A stretch of 64,000 nt of DNA from Lingula anatina (lineage: Eukaryota; Animalia; Brachiopoda). Below the pieces are notes generated by a model, which was not told where the DNA came from, searched no databases, and was given only the letters and a program-made list of their open reading frames with translations. Shown here one piece after another: positions 1 through 11,194 of the stretch (position 1 is its first letter; each line of letters begins with the position of its first letter). Location: the NCBI GenBank assembly GCA_051362555.1, contig CM120641.1, positions 6,448,001-6,512,000 of the forward strand, written 5' to 3'. Made by a program: the position numbers and the translations under genes.

Positions 1-3000
1 AAAAAGAAAAAAAAACCCAGGTGAACATTAACTAGAAATACCACCACCACCTGTAGATGACTGTGCCCTCAATATGGACCAGCTCCAACATCTACTTTCC
101 AGGCTATTACCTCTACTACCTGGTCTCATGTAACCTACAGTACATAACTATAGTGCCCTGGGTCAGAGATGTCAGGAAGGGAGACAGTGATGTGCTGGAG
201 ATAGGAACACTCCACACACAGCAGAGATAAACCTACTTCCATACTGCATAATATGCTTAGGGCGGATGATGACTGTTGCTGGTTGTCATACATATTGATC
301 TACATATGAGAATTTTAGTGTTATCACACCTTGACAATGTGATGAGGCTTAAATAATGACCCCTGACCTGTGATTAAGTATCTGGTCTTTGTTTTAACTT
401 GTACATCAGGGGGGGAGTCCTTTAATTGCTAAGCATGTCACTAAAGTGTATTAAAATTGAAATAACAATTTTGTTATTCCACCCTAATGGACACCATGTT
501 TATACATGTGTGTACATACAATCACACAACATCAAATTACCTTGAACATTCTGATCAGCTAATCTTTTCCTCTGACAATACAAGTCCAATATTCTCAGAA
601 ATATAGTTACTAGCAGTAGGAACGTCACTGTTGCTGGACTGTAATAATAATGTTATCAGTCTGACTTGACACACATGCTACAGAATAAAATCACTTTTGT
701 CTAGTCACTCGCTAATGCATCACACAATCACTTTAATAATGCTCCATCTGTGGTAAATCAAGGTGAACACCAACATATGTTTAAAAAGTTGCTTATTGTA
801 GTTCTGATTCATCCAGCAGGAAATGGAAAAAATATTCAGACTGTTATGCTCCCTGTTCGGCAAACAGCACCTCTTTGACAGTTTAACAATGCTGCCTTCA
901 GCTTTGTATCTGCAGTACAAGTATATATCCCAGTAGAAAGTGGGTTGCAATGAAGTCTCTACTTCAGAAGGATAAGCCTTCTTTCACCTCATCTGTAGTT
1001 ACAATTAAAATCAGCCCTCTCCCTTGCACTAGGGATTTCACCTGGGATTTTTCCCAATACATATATTGTAATGTATTCTGTTATCCACCCTTCAAGTCCA
1101 AGTGGCATGGTTCAATACAAAACAGGTTTATACTAGTAAGTAAGGAAAGACATGCAAATGAAAAAAATCTGTGTAATTCTGGACTTCTCATTTTGTCTTC
1201 ATCAAACTGATGATATGTACAACAATTGGTTGTATTTTCTACTCACTAAAATGTACAGTTTTACATAACATTTCACAAAATCTTGCTAGTATTTCCATTA
1301 AATGTTTTGCCATTTCTGTGATAACTAAATCTGATTCAACAAAGTCACGCCACTTTCCAATAAATGATGCATAAAACCAATTCAAACATAAATAAAGGTG
1401 CACAATACCTAATCTTATTAATTTCTAGTTCACTGTATTACCATGCAAACATATTACATTTACACCCAAAACTGCTGAATACCCAGGTCAGAACACAAGA
1501 CAAAAATAAATTATGTATCACAAGAATTATTCACACCAGTGCTGACACATCCAACATAAATCACGCAACATTTGTAATACCTGGATGGCCATTAATTATA
1601 GAAAAGGTTAATAATACTAATGTCTAGTGGGTGCATTCGATGAAGTCTTTAACTGGCAACATCATTTAGTGAAATGGTCGAGTGTATGTGATGTACTAGT
1701 ACCTGTGTCCAACATCACTTGGGTTCACGCTTTCTTGGATACAGGTTTTCGCCAGGATAGATTCTGTAATTAATATGTGTCGTGGGCGCCATGCATTGGG
1801 TAAGGCAATGTAACAGATCTCTGAAGTGGTCAGTTTTAAGCAAACCCAAGGAGACCACACATATACAATCTGCTCTTCCTAAACCAATCTCAACATAATA
1901 GACTTTACACACACATAGACATAAGCTTCACAGATAAAAGGTAACAAGGATCAGGTTGTAGAAAAGAAATACTATCCTTATCCGTCGAGTGCCTTGGGGA
2001 ATCTCCTTTAATTCTGAAAGAACCATGCCATATTCTCCATTTTCAAAGACAATTGAAACCCTTAAAAATCACACCTGGAATAGTAAGCTTTATTTCCAAT
2101 TGATCTAGCATATGGGGTTAAAATATTTGATATTCAAAATGAGCATAAACTAAACATCGGCTACTCTACCAGTGCTATACAGTTGTTTCCTACTTTGAAG
2201 CTCCCCTAAGATATAATGCATACAAACTATATATGTATACTGCACAATCTGTTTTCATGGTTCATATATTGTGTTCATCAAACTCTCACTTTGATCATCC
2301 CTCTGCAAACAGATACTTCTTTTACTTGAGGAAGTGAACATTGTGTTTGGTTAACGTATGATCTCCAAACATCTCACATCAGTGCACTCCCCTAATATCA
2401 TTATGTACAACTCTCAATTTTCACCTCCATTCATAAGATAGACAGGTCTCTATAGATACAGGTACTAGTAGGATCATATCTAGGATGGTATAGCAATGCA
2501 CAAATTTCCACTATGAAGACATTCTTACTCAACTGTTATCACCTATGATATAATATGTTAGCTAATTTTTCTGCTTTCCCAGACACATATTTCATTTCTC
2601 TTGTCTGGGTATTTGAAGGCAGACTCCTCTTAGTCTGTCAATTACTTATAACATGTCTGTTAATTTATTCTGGTTTTGTCATATTTGGTCAATTTTCACC
2701 GTGTTAACAGGTTGACATGCTAAAGCTCACATGATCTCATGTAATTATTCTGTCAATGGATTTGGTAAGTAAGGCATTATTTGTGAGGCAGGGCTGAGAC
2801 CCCGTTAGACCTCAAACTACCAAACAACTGAGATCTACCTGGTGGTGAACAGTAGAGACACTCTGTCCTGAAGACAATCTCACACTCAGAATAAAAAAGA
2901 AAAGACTTAACATGGCAAGTGAGCATGCAATCATTAATATCATCTTTTTTAAATTTGTAACTACCTGACACAAATCAAAGTGCAAGATAAAATAAGTCAG

Positions 3001-4544
3001 TTTTTTATTACTAACCAAAGACATAATAAAACAGCTAATTATATGTGGATTTCTGCTAAAGTTTTAGGCCATGTGGCAGAGTTTATACATATTGATAATA
3101 CTAATTTCAGAGGTCACTGAGGGTTTTGGAGATTATCAGATACTGATAACTGCTTTTAACAATAGGTAACTTCTTCTACAGTGAAAGAGATATCCTGTAG
3201 CCGTGGATGTTTCACAATGGAGGACATCTATAGGATAAATTTAGAGTGGAAAAACCTGTAAATAAGTTGATTCCGCAAAAATGTAGACCCTCCTATTTGG
3301 TCATTATAAAAATACCTGTCACTGGATTGTCCCCTGGAATGTACTACACAAAATACATAAAAGGATGTAACTTGATGACATCCTCACACAAAAATGTGCA
3401 TCGATTAACAATTCTCATTTATTTTAACCTCTGATTAAAAAGGTATGCAAGGACATTAACTACACCTTAAGTTAACTGCATTAATTTAATTACTAAGTCG
3501 AGCAGGGAGTTGACCTGTTAAGATGCTGACTGAAGAATCGTTTATAAGTGGTAGAACTACATGCACACAGCGTAATGCTATTTATCAGTGCACCTGCACA
3601 GACTCCTGTGACAGTAGAAAAAAAAAATGTGCCTCTTCACAGGTCACACAATGACAACATTACCGACCATTGCCAAACACTTCAGGACAAATGTCAACAT
3701 AAACAAACCTCCTCCCAGGGAAGCAGAATTACATAATAAGAAATGATTTCATAATTTGATTATAAGATTGGAGTCTCTGGAACCTGAAATCTAATCTCAT
3801 ACAGGCTGCGATATTCAGATTGCACACTTCCGTCCTCCATTCATTGTGATTTCCATCTCCTAGTCTATTCTGTTTAATAGGTTAAGCATAAAAGCATCTC
3901 CAGTCCACACTTCCTATACTTGTTTATAGACCGCAGCTGATCAATAGAGTACATAAGGAAATTCCTTAATAATACCAGAAATTAATTTGACTGAATAAAT
4001 TAAGACTGCAAGTCTAAATATTGAAGGGGGCCTCAGTGTACACAGATATATAGATATTTATGAAATATGAATGAAATGAAAATGTGGGTCTACCTTATAT
4101 GGCATCATCTATAAAACAAAGCTTTTTATATTTAAATTTTGGCACCCAAAAAGTTAATAATATTTTTATAATAAATGTCACTCATCCTAATCTATATTTA
4201 AAACCCGATTTTCATATAGCTGTGGAGAATCATCAGGTATGACAAATCACATTGATGACTGTTATGTGTTAATTGGTCCAAGATTCCAGATATCTGAATG
4301 TTGTTCAGGCATCACTCATATTATCATTATTAAAATCCATCTGAAAGGCCATGACTTAATAACCAAGATTTTATTGGCATCAGCATGCTGATAAAAAATG
4401 CTTCAGTTTACTTGTGACAATGATAAATAGCTGGGCTCCCCAGGTGTTCAGCAGTTTCTATGCAGAGTTATGTAATCTTCCAAAACCTGGTTGGTTTTTA
4501 TAAAAATATGGTTTGGTCTTGTCTCATATATAGTTATAATTCTG

Positions 4545-4548
<4 letters not shown>

Positions 4549-4587
<39 letters not shown>
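4549..4587. repeat. (GT)n microsatellite
   Basis: Direct inspection. Confidence 0.95.
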
Positions 4588-4589
<2 letters not shown>

Positions 4590-5083
4590 CGTGTGTGATT
4601 GTTGTGATTATTGATAAAGTGTGTGTATGTCGTCTTTAATTACAAAGACTAACAAGACTTCATTGGAACTTCTCACTAAACTGAGTAAACTTTATACTCA
4701 AGATTTACAAACACTCTAATGAATTCAATTTGATTTCAGAAAAGTCTGGTTTCAACTACCATGTGGACCAGCATATATTTTAAATATGTCAAATTTACCA
4801 ACAATCAATAACCCATGAAGTTTACACAGTAGATCATAGTGAAAAGCCAAACAGATGTTAATGTATTACATGCCAACTGTAGTAGAAACTATTATATGCC
4901 TAAATGGATACAGCACTAGTTACAGTTTCGTCTGTTTTATTTTATGTTCTCTGAGCAATTTTTATGTGCCCACAAGGTGCCACACTTCATTGCCACAGGT
5001 TAGAAGCGGTTCAATGATTTGGACTTCAAAACAGTCATTTTGACAATATTGTAACAGGCTGTAAAAGAGAACAAAGTACATAC

Positions 5084-5161
5084 CCTGCGACTGACATCCA
5101 CAACTTTACTCTTCCTCTTCAGCGATCCAGTTCTTAAAACTTTTACAGGGGTCGTCTCCAT
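5084..5161 (-). other. Possible first coding exon of a divergently transcribed gene
   Basis: Minus strand ATG...METTPVKVLRTGSLKRKSKVVDVSRR|GTATGT in a CpG-rich patch with an in-frame upstream stop; downstream exons not identified with confidence. Confidence 0.2.
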
Positions 5162-5359
5162 ACTTGCATCACACGCGTGCGCTTATAATCCTATGTTGTA
5201 TTATACAAAGTTAGGTTATTCCCTGGGTTGTCACTTATGTCTGGAATAAAAAGTTTGGCAATTCCAACAAAGATTACCAAAAAGTTAATAATGTTTCTGG
5301 AAAATAGTCAGAAATCAAATGTTATAACTTCCACAGAGTCTCCTACATTTTAAATGTAT

Positions 5360-5809
5360 TCCCGGTCCAATAAGACAGCGGCATCATAGTTTAAAAACTT
5401 CCATTAGGAAGAGCACCCGTGTATTCGTCACGATCATCCCAGTTTTGAACATGAACCAGTCAAGCCTAGCGTACTCATTTCTTCTTCCGTGTGATTGGCT
5501 CTAATTTTTGGTTGGTCAAAATCATTAATCTTCGTATCAAACCCTTAATTAAAACATTGTGAGCTTATGGGAAAAGAGGTAGTATATCTATTATCAATTA
5601 CACCGATATTATAAAGTTGAATTTTTAAAAAAGACCAAAATAAGACAAAATTCACTTTTGATAAATCGCCCTATTTTTCTACCGTCCAATGAAAACGACG
5701 TTAACATAGGCATCCCTACTTTTAACGCATGCGTCGTAATACCGGAAAAGGGGAAAGTCCACGTGGGTTTGTTTTGATTTTGTTTTGTTCTGTTCCTGTT
5801 GTGCATACA
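5360..5809. promoter_or_regulatory. Probable promoter of SRR copy 1 (possibly bidirectional)
   Basis: Local CpG enrichment in CpG-poor DNA; ATTGG near 5494, CCAAT near 5686, palindrome acgcatgcgt (5725-5734), ETS-like accggaaa (5741). Confidence 0.45.
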
Positions 5810-8800
5810 ATGTCGTTGGGTATAGAGTACCGGCATCTTACAGAAGCATACGAACGAATCAGTCCGCATATTCACAAAACACCAATATATACTAGTTCTT
5901 ACATAGATGAACTGGTAGAAAAGAAAGTGTATTTTAAAGGCGAACATCTACAAAAGACTGGTTCATTCAAGGCAAGAGGAGCTCTGAATGCTGTGAGTGA
6001 TTAAATCCACATCTGATCAGTTTCATATCATGTTATTCCCCACCCTATCATTATTACCTTTCTCCCCAACTGGAGAAACAGTGGGATTTTAAATAAGAGG
6101 ATGATTGATTTGGGCAAATACTGGTAAGTTACAAAAAATTATGTAAAATTGCAAGAAAACTTACCTGTAATTGTTTTTTGCTTGAGCTATATAGTATATA
6201 CTACAGTACTTAGTAGTATTACTATTACTATTTACTGTAGAAAAAAACAGAGTCACAGTGTTGCACATCAAGGGTTCTTTATTTTACAGGTGTTGTCATT
6301 AAAAGAGAAAAATCCTGAAAACAGTGGTGTTGTAAGTATTGCTAACTTTATAAAAGTACCAAATAAATAAACTTTTAACTTTATATACCCTGTGCTAAAG
6401 TGAAGAGTGAAAACATGTGTATATATAAGACAATTAGGAATATTTTATGAATATAAATGAGATACCCCCTTGTATGTAGATTTTAATTTCAACAAAATAG
6501 TAGTAACCACAACAATCAAAGTCATTATGCTGACTTAAAAATATGTAATGATTAGTGCAAAGTTGTGAACTCATCTTAATTTCACTATACTTTTTAGGTA
6601 ACTCACAGCAGTGGTAATCATGGTCAGGCCTTGGCATGGGCAGCTAGGTATGCAGGTATGAAATGCACTGTTGTCGTTCCAAGCAATGCACCTGCTGTTA
6701 AAGTTGCTGCAATCAAGGACTATGGTGCTGACCTGGTATTCTGTGAGCCAAACCCCACATCTAGGTGAGGTGTAGCAAATATCACATATTAAGTTTAAAA
6801 TATTTTCTAACTGTACAATGGTAAATGTACTTTCTACCTTTTAAAAAAGTCATATTCTTTTCTGTATGTTTTGTCTCATGTTTAGCATTGGTTTCCTTTA
6901 AAATGCCATTTGGATTTATTTCAAATGTTTTATAACATTTTAGACAAGAAACATGTGCCAAAATTTCTGCTGAGAAAAACCAGACCATCATTCCACCATA
7001 TGACCATCAGGATGTCATTGCTGGACAGGTGATTGGAATTTTAATAGATTTTATTAGATAGAGTAATACAGAAATCACAAGGAAAATTTAAACCTTAGAT
7101 AAGAGACCTTTTTAGAAGTTATGAAGAAAGATTCACTTTCACAGCATTCAGTTCCATATTAGTGCATATTGTTTGTAGTTCTGTTTAAAAACACCACAGA
7201 ACGTCTTAAGTTTACAGATGTATTCTTTGTCATGTTGGAGACAACTGTTTGATATCTTATATTAGAGCAAACTGTTTGTCAAAAAATCTTTAGACATTCA
7301 TAAATGTATATCATTAGTATTCCAACATTGGAGCAATTTTAGATTATACTGATGTGCTTTGTTATTGTCAGATTCATGACTCAAAATTCACCCTCAAAGT
7401 CATACCTTATATGTACATCTAATTTGAATTATTTTTTATACATTTGTGATTTTAGGGAAGTATTGGCATTGAATTGATGGAACAGGTTCCTGACTTGGAA
7501 GCTATACTTGTTCCCATTAGTGGTGGGGGGATGACATCAGGGATTTGTATTGCAGCAAAGGCTGTAAAACCTGACATCAAAAGTAAGTTATAGTCAGAAG
7601 TATATGCTGTATGCATTTGGAGATGTCCTAAAGTTATATTTCTACTATGCCTGCATCTTTAACTGTGCTGGATTGAAGTGACACTCTTATATAAAATCTC
7701 ATTTTGATAGCCAAGGTCCCATGAAATGACACATAAATTGCAAATGGAAGGGCCAGATGTTCAGTTTTATTTGTGTATTGTTTTTCTGTAGGGCTTTTAT
7801 CACAAATATGTTGGGTTTTTTTTTTCAGTTTTTGCATGTGAGCCTAAAGGCAAAGACCTGGAGTATTCCCTTAAGGCAGGTAAACCAATGTGGCCAGATC
7901 CACCCAAGTTTGTAGATACCATTGCTGATGGCCTGAGGGTGCAGAGACTGGGAACACTGACCTTTCCAGTTGTTTTGGAATTGGTAGAAAAAGAAGTTTT
8001 CACAACTGTGAGTATAAATAATATTGATCATTTAGGTCATAAGGCTCTCATCCATTGGAAGTCTGAGATCTTCATGCTTTGTAGCAGTAGCCTTTACTGG
8101 GCATGGGGATAATAAATCTCATTTATTTCATATTATCTTTTTAAAGTGCCCTTGTCTTTTATATTCACAAACAAACTACACAGAAGTGTTTCTTAAAAAA
8201 AAAATGGTATTATTATATTTATTATTATTTTTATTGCTGTGTTTTTCAGAAGCTGTTTCATGCCTGAATCCACAATGTCCACAGTATTACAAATGTAGTT
8301 GTGTATTATCACTAGTTTGCAAATGATCTATGCCATTTCATTTCTCAATTTACTTCTTTGGACGCGTTCATATCGAGTTGAGCCATGGCTCTACAAAGCC
8401 ACGACCTAAATATGGCGGACGTACATGAAAGGAAAACCGCCTTATCTTTTAATAGTCTCTCCGCCTCTCACACGCCTTCCCATGTGTCGTCCCAATGGAG
8501 CCGAGATTTAATGACTGTACCCCCGCAGGGCGACGCATGGGGAGGCGTGTGAGAGGCGGGGAGACTATTAAAAAATTAGGCGGTTTTCCTTTCATGTACG
8601 TCCGCCATATTTAGGTCGTGGCTTTGTAGAGCCATGGCTCAACTCGATGTGAATGCGGCCTTTGAGGGCATTCAAAACAAGTTGATCTGTGGACTAACAG
8701 ATCCGCAGTTCAAATATGGTGGACCCACATAAAAGCAAAGCCAACTAAATCCATTACAAGGGAGTGAATGCGCCATTAAATGGATTAAATAACGACTTCA

Positions 8801-9486
8801 AGGTTTAATTGCAAGACCCCTGCAGGGACAGCGCATGTGGAGGCAGGGAGACCATCAACCAATAATAAGTTGACTCTGCTTTAGTGAAGGTTGGCCATAT
8901 TTGATCTCCAGGTCTGTTAGTCTGCAGATGAACTTGTTCTGAATGCCCTCTTATTTTGTGTTTTTCCATGGGAAATTGATGATCTGAAACAGAAAATGAA
9001 ATGTACTTTCATACAAAGTAATAGACAATCTCCTAGAGTGCCAAGATCCATTGTATTAATTTTATCAGTATTGCTTTAAGCACACTGTATCTTTTTGTTT
9101 AATTTTAATTCAGAGTGATGATGACATCATAAAAGCCATGAAGTTAGTGTATCAGAGAATGAAGGTATGCTGAACATTCATTTCAGAAGTAAAAGAATAT
9201 TAAATTTTGGAAGTATTTTTTTATTATGAATGAAATCTGTGAAACTAGATATTATCTAATTGAATTTTCCAAAATTCTGTTTATTTTCCACAGTATAATC
9301 TAACTACAACTTTTAAAACTTGATTTCCTGTATAATTTTCAGCAAGTGATTGAGCCCAGCTCAGGTGTGGGTGTGGCTGCTCTTCTCTCTGACAAGATGA
9401 AAATACTGACACCCGACATGAAGAAAGTGGGTGTCATTCTCTGTGGAGGGAATACTGACATTGAGCACTTGCCTTGGATGAAATAA
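5810..9486 (+). CDS. SRR: Serine racemase-family PLP enzyme (fold type II), copy 1; 8 exons, 325 aa
   Basis: Exons 5810-5992, 6290-6331, 6598-6764, 6944-7028, 7456-7582, 7829-8007, 9114-9164, 9343-9486, all GT-AG with a continuous frame. Motifs: QKTGSFKARGALNA (PLP lysine K54), THSSGNHGQA (racemase-type second Ser), IIPPYD...VIAGQG, VPISGGGM (phosphate-binding Gly loop), DTIADGL, VIEPSSG, ILCGGN. Confidence 0.95.
8360..8660. mobile_element. MITE with ~130-bp near-perfect inverted arms (PIF/Harbinger-like termini)
   Basis: ggacgcgttcatatcgagttgagccatggctctacaaagcc... versus ...ggctttgtagagccatggctcaactcgatgtgaatgcggcc; ttt on both flanks; absent from the paralogous intron 6 of copy 2. Confidence 0.85.
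8664..8950. mobile_element. Second, related and more diverged MITE abutting the first
   Basis: TIR gagggcattcaaaacaagtt / aacttgttctgaatgccctc with imperfect long arms; shares the internal motif cccc(t)gcaggg...gcatg.ggaggc with 8360-8660; absent from copy 2. Confidence 0.75.
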
Positions 9487-10005
9487 AAAATCTAAGCATA
9501 TCTATTGATGGTGAATTTAAACATTATAATTAAAATTAACTAAGCACATTAAATACCTCTACTCCAAGTTTCACAGACATACCCTATGGTTACGTCCGAT
9601 CCTCAGGGGGCATGTTTATTCAAAATATCAAAATATATATATATATACTTCTTTTAATCCCTTTGATAAACAGAGAAGATCAGTATTTTTCATAAGTTAA
9701 TGTTAATCGCCAACTTAATGTTTTGAATTGTGAAATATCTCAGATACTTGCTCAATGTAAAGCGAACTCTGAAAAATGTATTGTAGGGAGTTGCATAGAA
9801 GCTTTTATTGATTGTAAGTTTTTATGACAGTGTGATGGTATGCCATCTTAGATAAAAATGTGCTCTTCACTTTTGGTTTTATTACACAATGAATGCATGT
9901 AAGGTCAACATTCTGATGTCCACTTTAAAGGACTATACTGGCCAGTAGCCATGTTGTATGGGTTTCTTTATACTGGCATTTCAAAAATCAACATGGTTTC
10001 TCCCG

Positions 10006-10163
10006 GTGGTGTCTTGATAGTCCGAAGGTTCATTGCTCCAAAAAATTGGTAACATTTTCATCAGTTTATTAATCAAGGATTTATTGTTCCGAAGGTTCTA
10101 TAGTGAACATTCAGATCAATGAACCTTCAGACTGTTGAACCTTTGAACTATTGCTACGGCCAC
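10006..10163. mobile_element. MITE with internal (tagtccgaaggttc)-type subrepeats in the 3' region of SRR copy 1
   Basis: Subrepeats run forward in the left half and inverted (gaaccttcagact) in the right half. Degenerate ~9-bp flanking duplication tttctcccg/tttctacca. Copy 2 has the empty site tttctgcca. Confidence 0.65.
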
Positions 10164-10294
10164 TTTCTACCAATGTCAGCTGCCAAATTGACAGCCCATT
10201 GATTTTTAAGTAACTGATTTTTTTTAAAAATTTGTATTGTTTGATTTATTGAAATGTGTAATGTGTACTTGTTTACACAGTTAAATGTCACATT

Positions 10295-10300
10295 AATAAA
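10295..10300 (+). terminator. Candidate polyadenylation signal of SRR copy 1
   Basis: AATAAA conserved at the paralogous position 19553-19558 in copy 2, with T-rich sequence downstream. Confidence 0.4.
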
Positions 10301-11021
10301 ATATATATTTCTTATGAAGAAAAATGAGTGATATCATATTGGTTTCACCTTTTAATTGTTTTGGCTTCTGTTTTAGCATAAATCAGAACCCAGTGGGTAA
10401 CCATTGAAAAATTTATGCTTTATCAATAGAAAAGTCTTGGAATTAAATAGATACATATATGCCCCAGTGGCCTCACCATTCCAGAGTCTTGCTCTATAAG
10501 CAACAGGGTTAATATGGTAACGGCGAACTCAAGGCCAAATGTGATAGTTGAGCCAAACACATCCGCGCCCCTGTAAAATAGTTGAGCCAAACATATTCAT
10601 TCCCTTAAAACCAGCCCTGACGAAAGATTAGAACTTCATCACAACATACCATACACCAATTCGTTGCGACTTTCCACAGCATGTCAAGAAAAAAAAGAAG
10701 ATTCACAATTGCATTTGCCTATATTGAGCTAATTCACTTTTATGCGATAAATTTTGGAACTTTGAATGACAACATGGATCCAGGCAAAAGATCGAGTATC
10801 TAAATGAATTTGATGATAGAAATAGACAGAAAAAAGGTCAACTGGAGTTGGTATTTAACGTCGAAGAAGTGTCATTGTCATTTAGACTATTGCAATTCTG
10901 TACTCAGTGGCTTGTACCAACGAAAGAATGAAAAAACTGCAGCAAATTCAGAATGTTTTAGTGCGTTTTTTAACCCACACAGCCAGGTAGGCTCATATCA
11001 CACCCATTCTAAAGCAGTTAC

Positions 11022-11104
11022 ACTGGCTCCCAAGTCAGAGCACTCATTTTATTTAAATTTTTTTAAAATTTTAAATAAAATGAGTGCTCTGACTGGGAGC
11101 CAGT
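11022..11104. repeat. Near-perfect ~83-bp palindrome (fold-back duplication inside the LINE remnant)
   Basis: actggctcccaagtcagagcactcattttatttaaatttt ... aaaattttaaataaaatgagtgctctgactgggagccagt. Confidence 0.9.
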
Positions 11105-11194
11105 TAAAATATGCATGCAATTTTTAACCAATCAGCACACCCGTACCTACACCCGTAAACACTTGTTCAACGCTTTGTTCCAAAACGTACTTAA

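Larger units (their letters stand above)
5696..10873 (+). repeat. Tandem segmental duplication, unit 1 (SRR copy 1 plus downstream flank)
   Basis: Colinear similarity of exons, introns, 3' UTR and flank with 14095-20125. Starts near gttaacataggcatccctac, runs to aagaagtgtc, and resumes briefly at 13760-13778 after the LINE insertion. Confidence 0.9.

Noticed and set aside
720-5043. Short ORFs of 60-90 aa in the ORF track
   Set aside because: No recognisable motifs; lengths and composition are as expected by chance in AT-rich non-coding DNA.
5059-5083. Apparent GT...AG intron on the minus strand
   Set aside because: Only 25 nt, too short for a spliceosomal intron in this genome, where the other introns are about 165 nt or longer.
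5609-5947. Minus-strand ORFs overlapping exons (here and throughout LRP2)
   Set aside because: Antisense shadows of real plus-strand exons.
9436-9453. Cys instead of Ser in the (S/C)GGN PLP-pyridine contact motif
   Set aside because: Shared by both copies, and Cys at this position occurs in other fold-type II enzymes; not distinctive.
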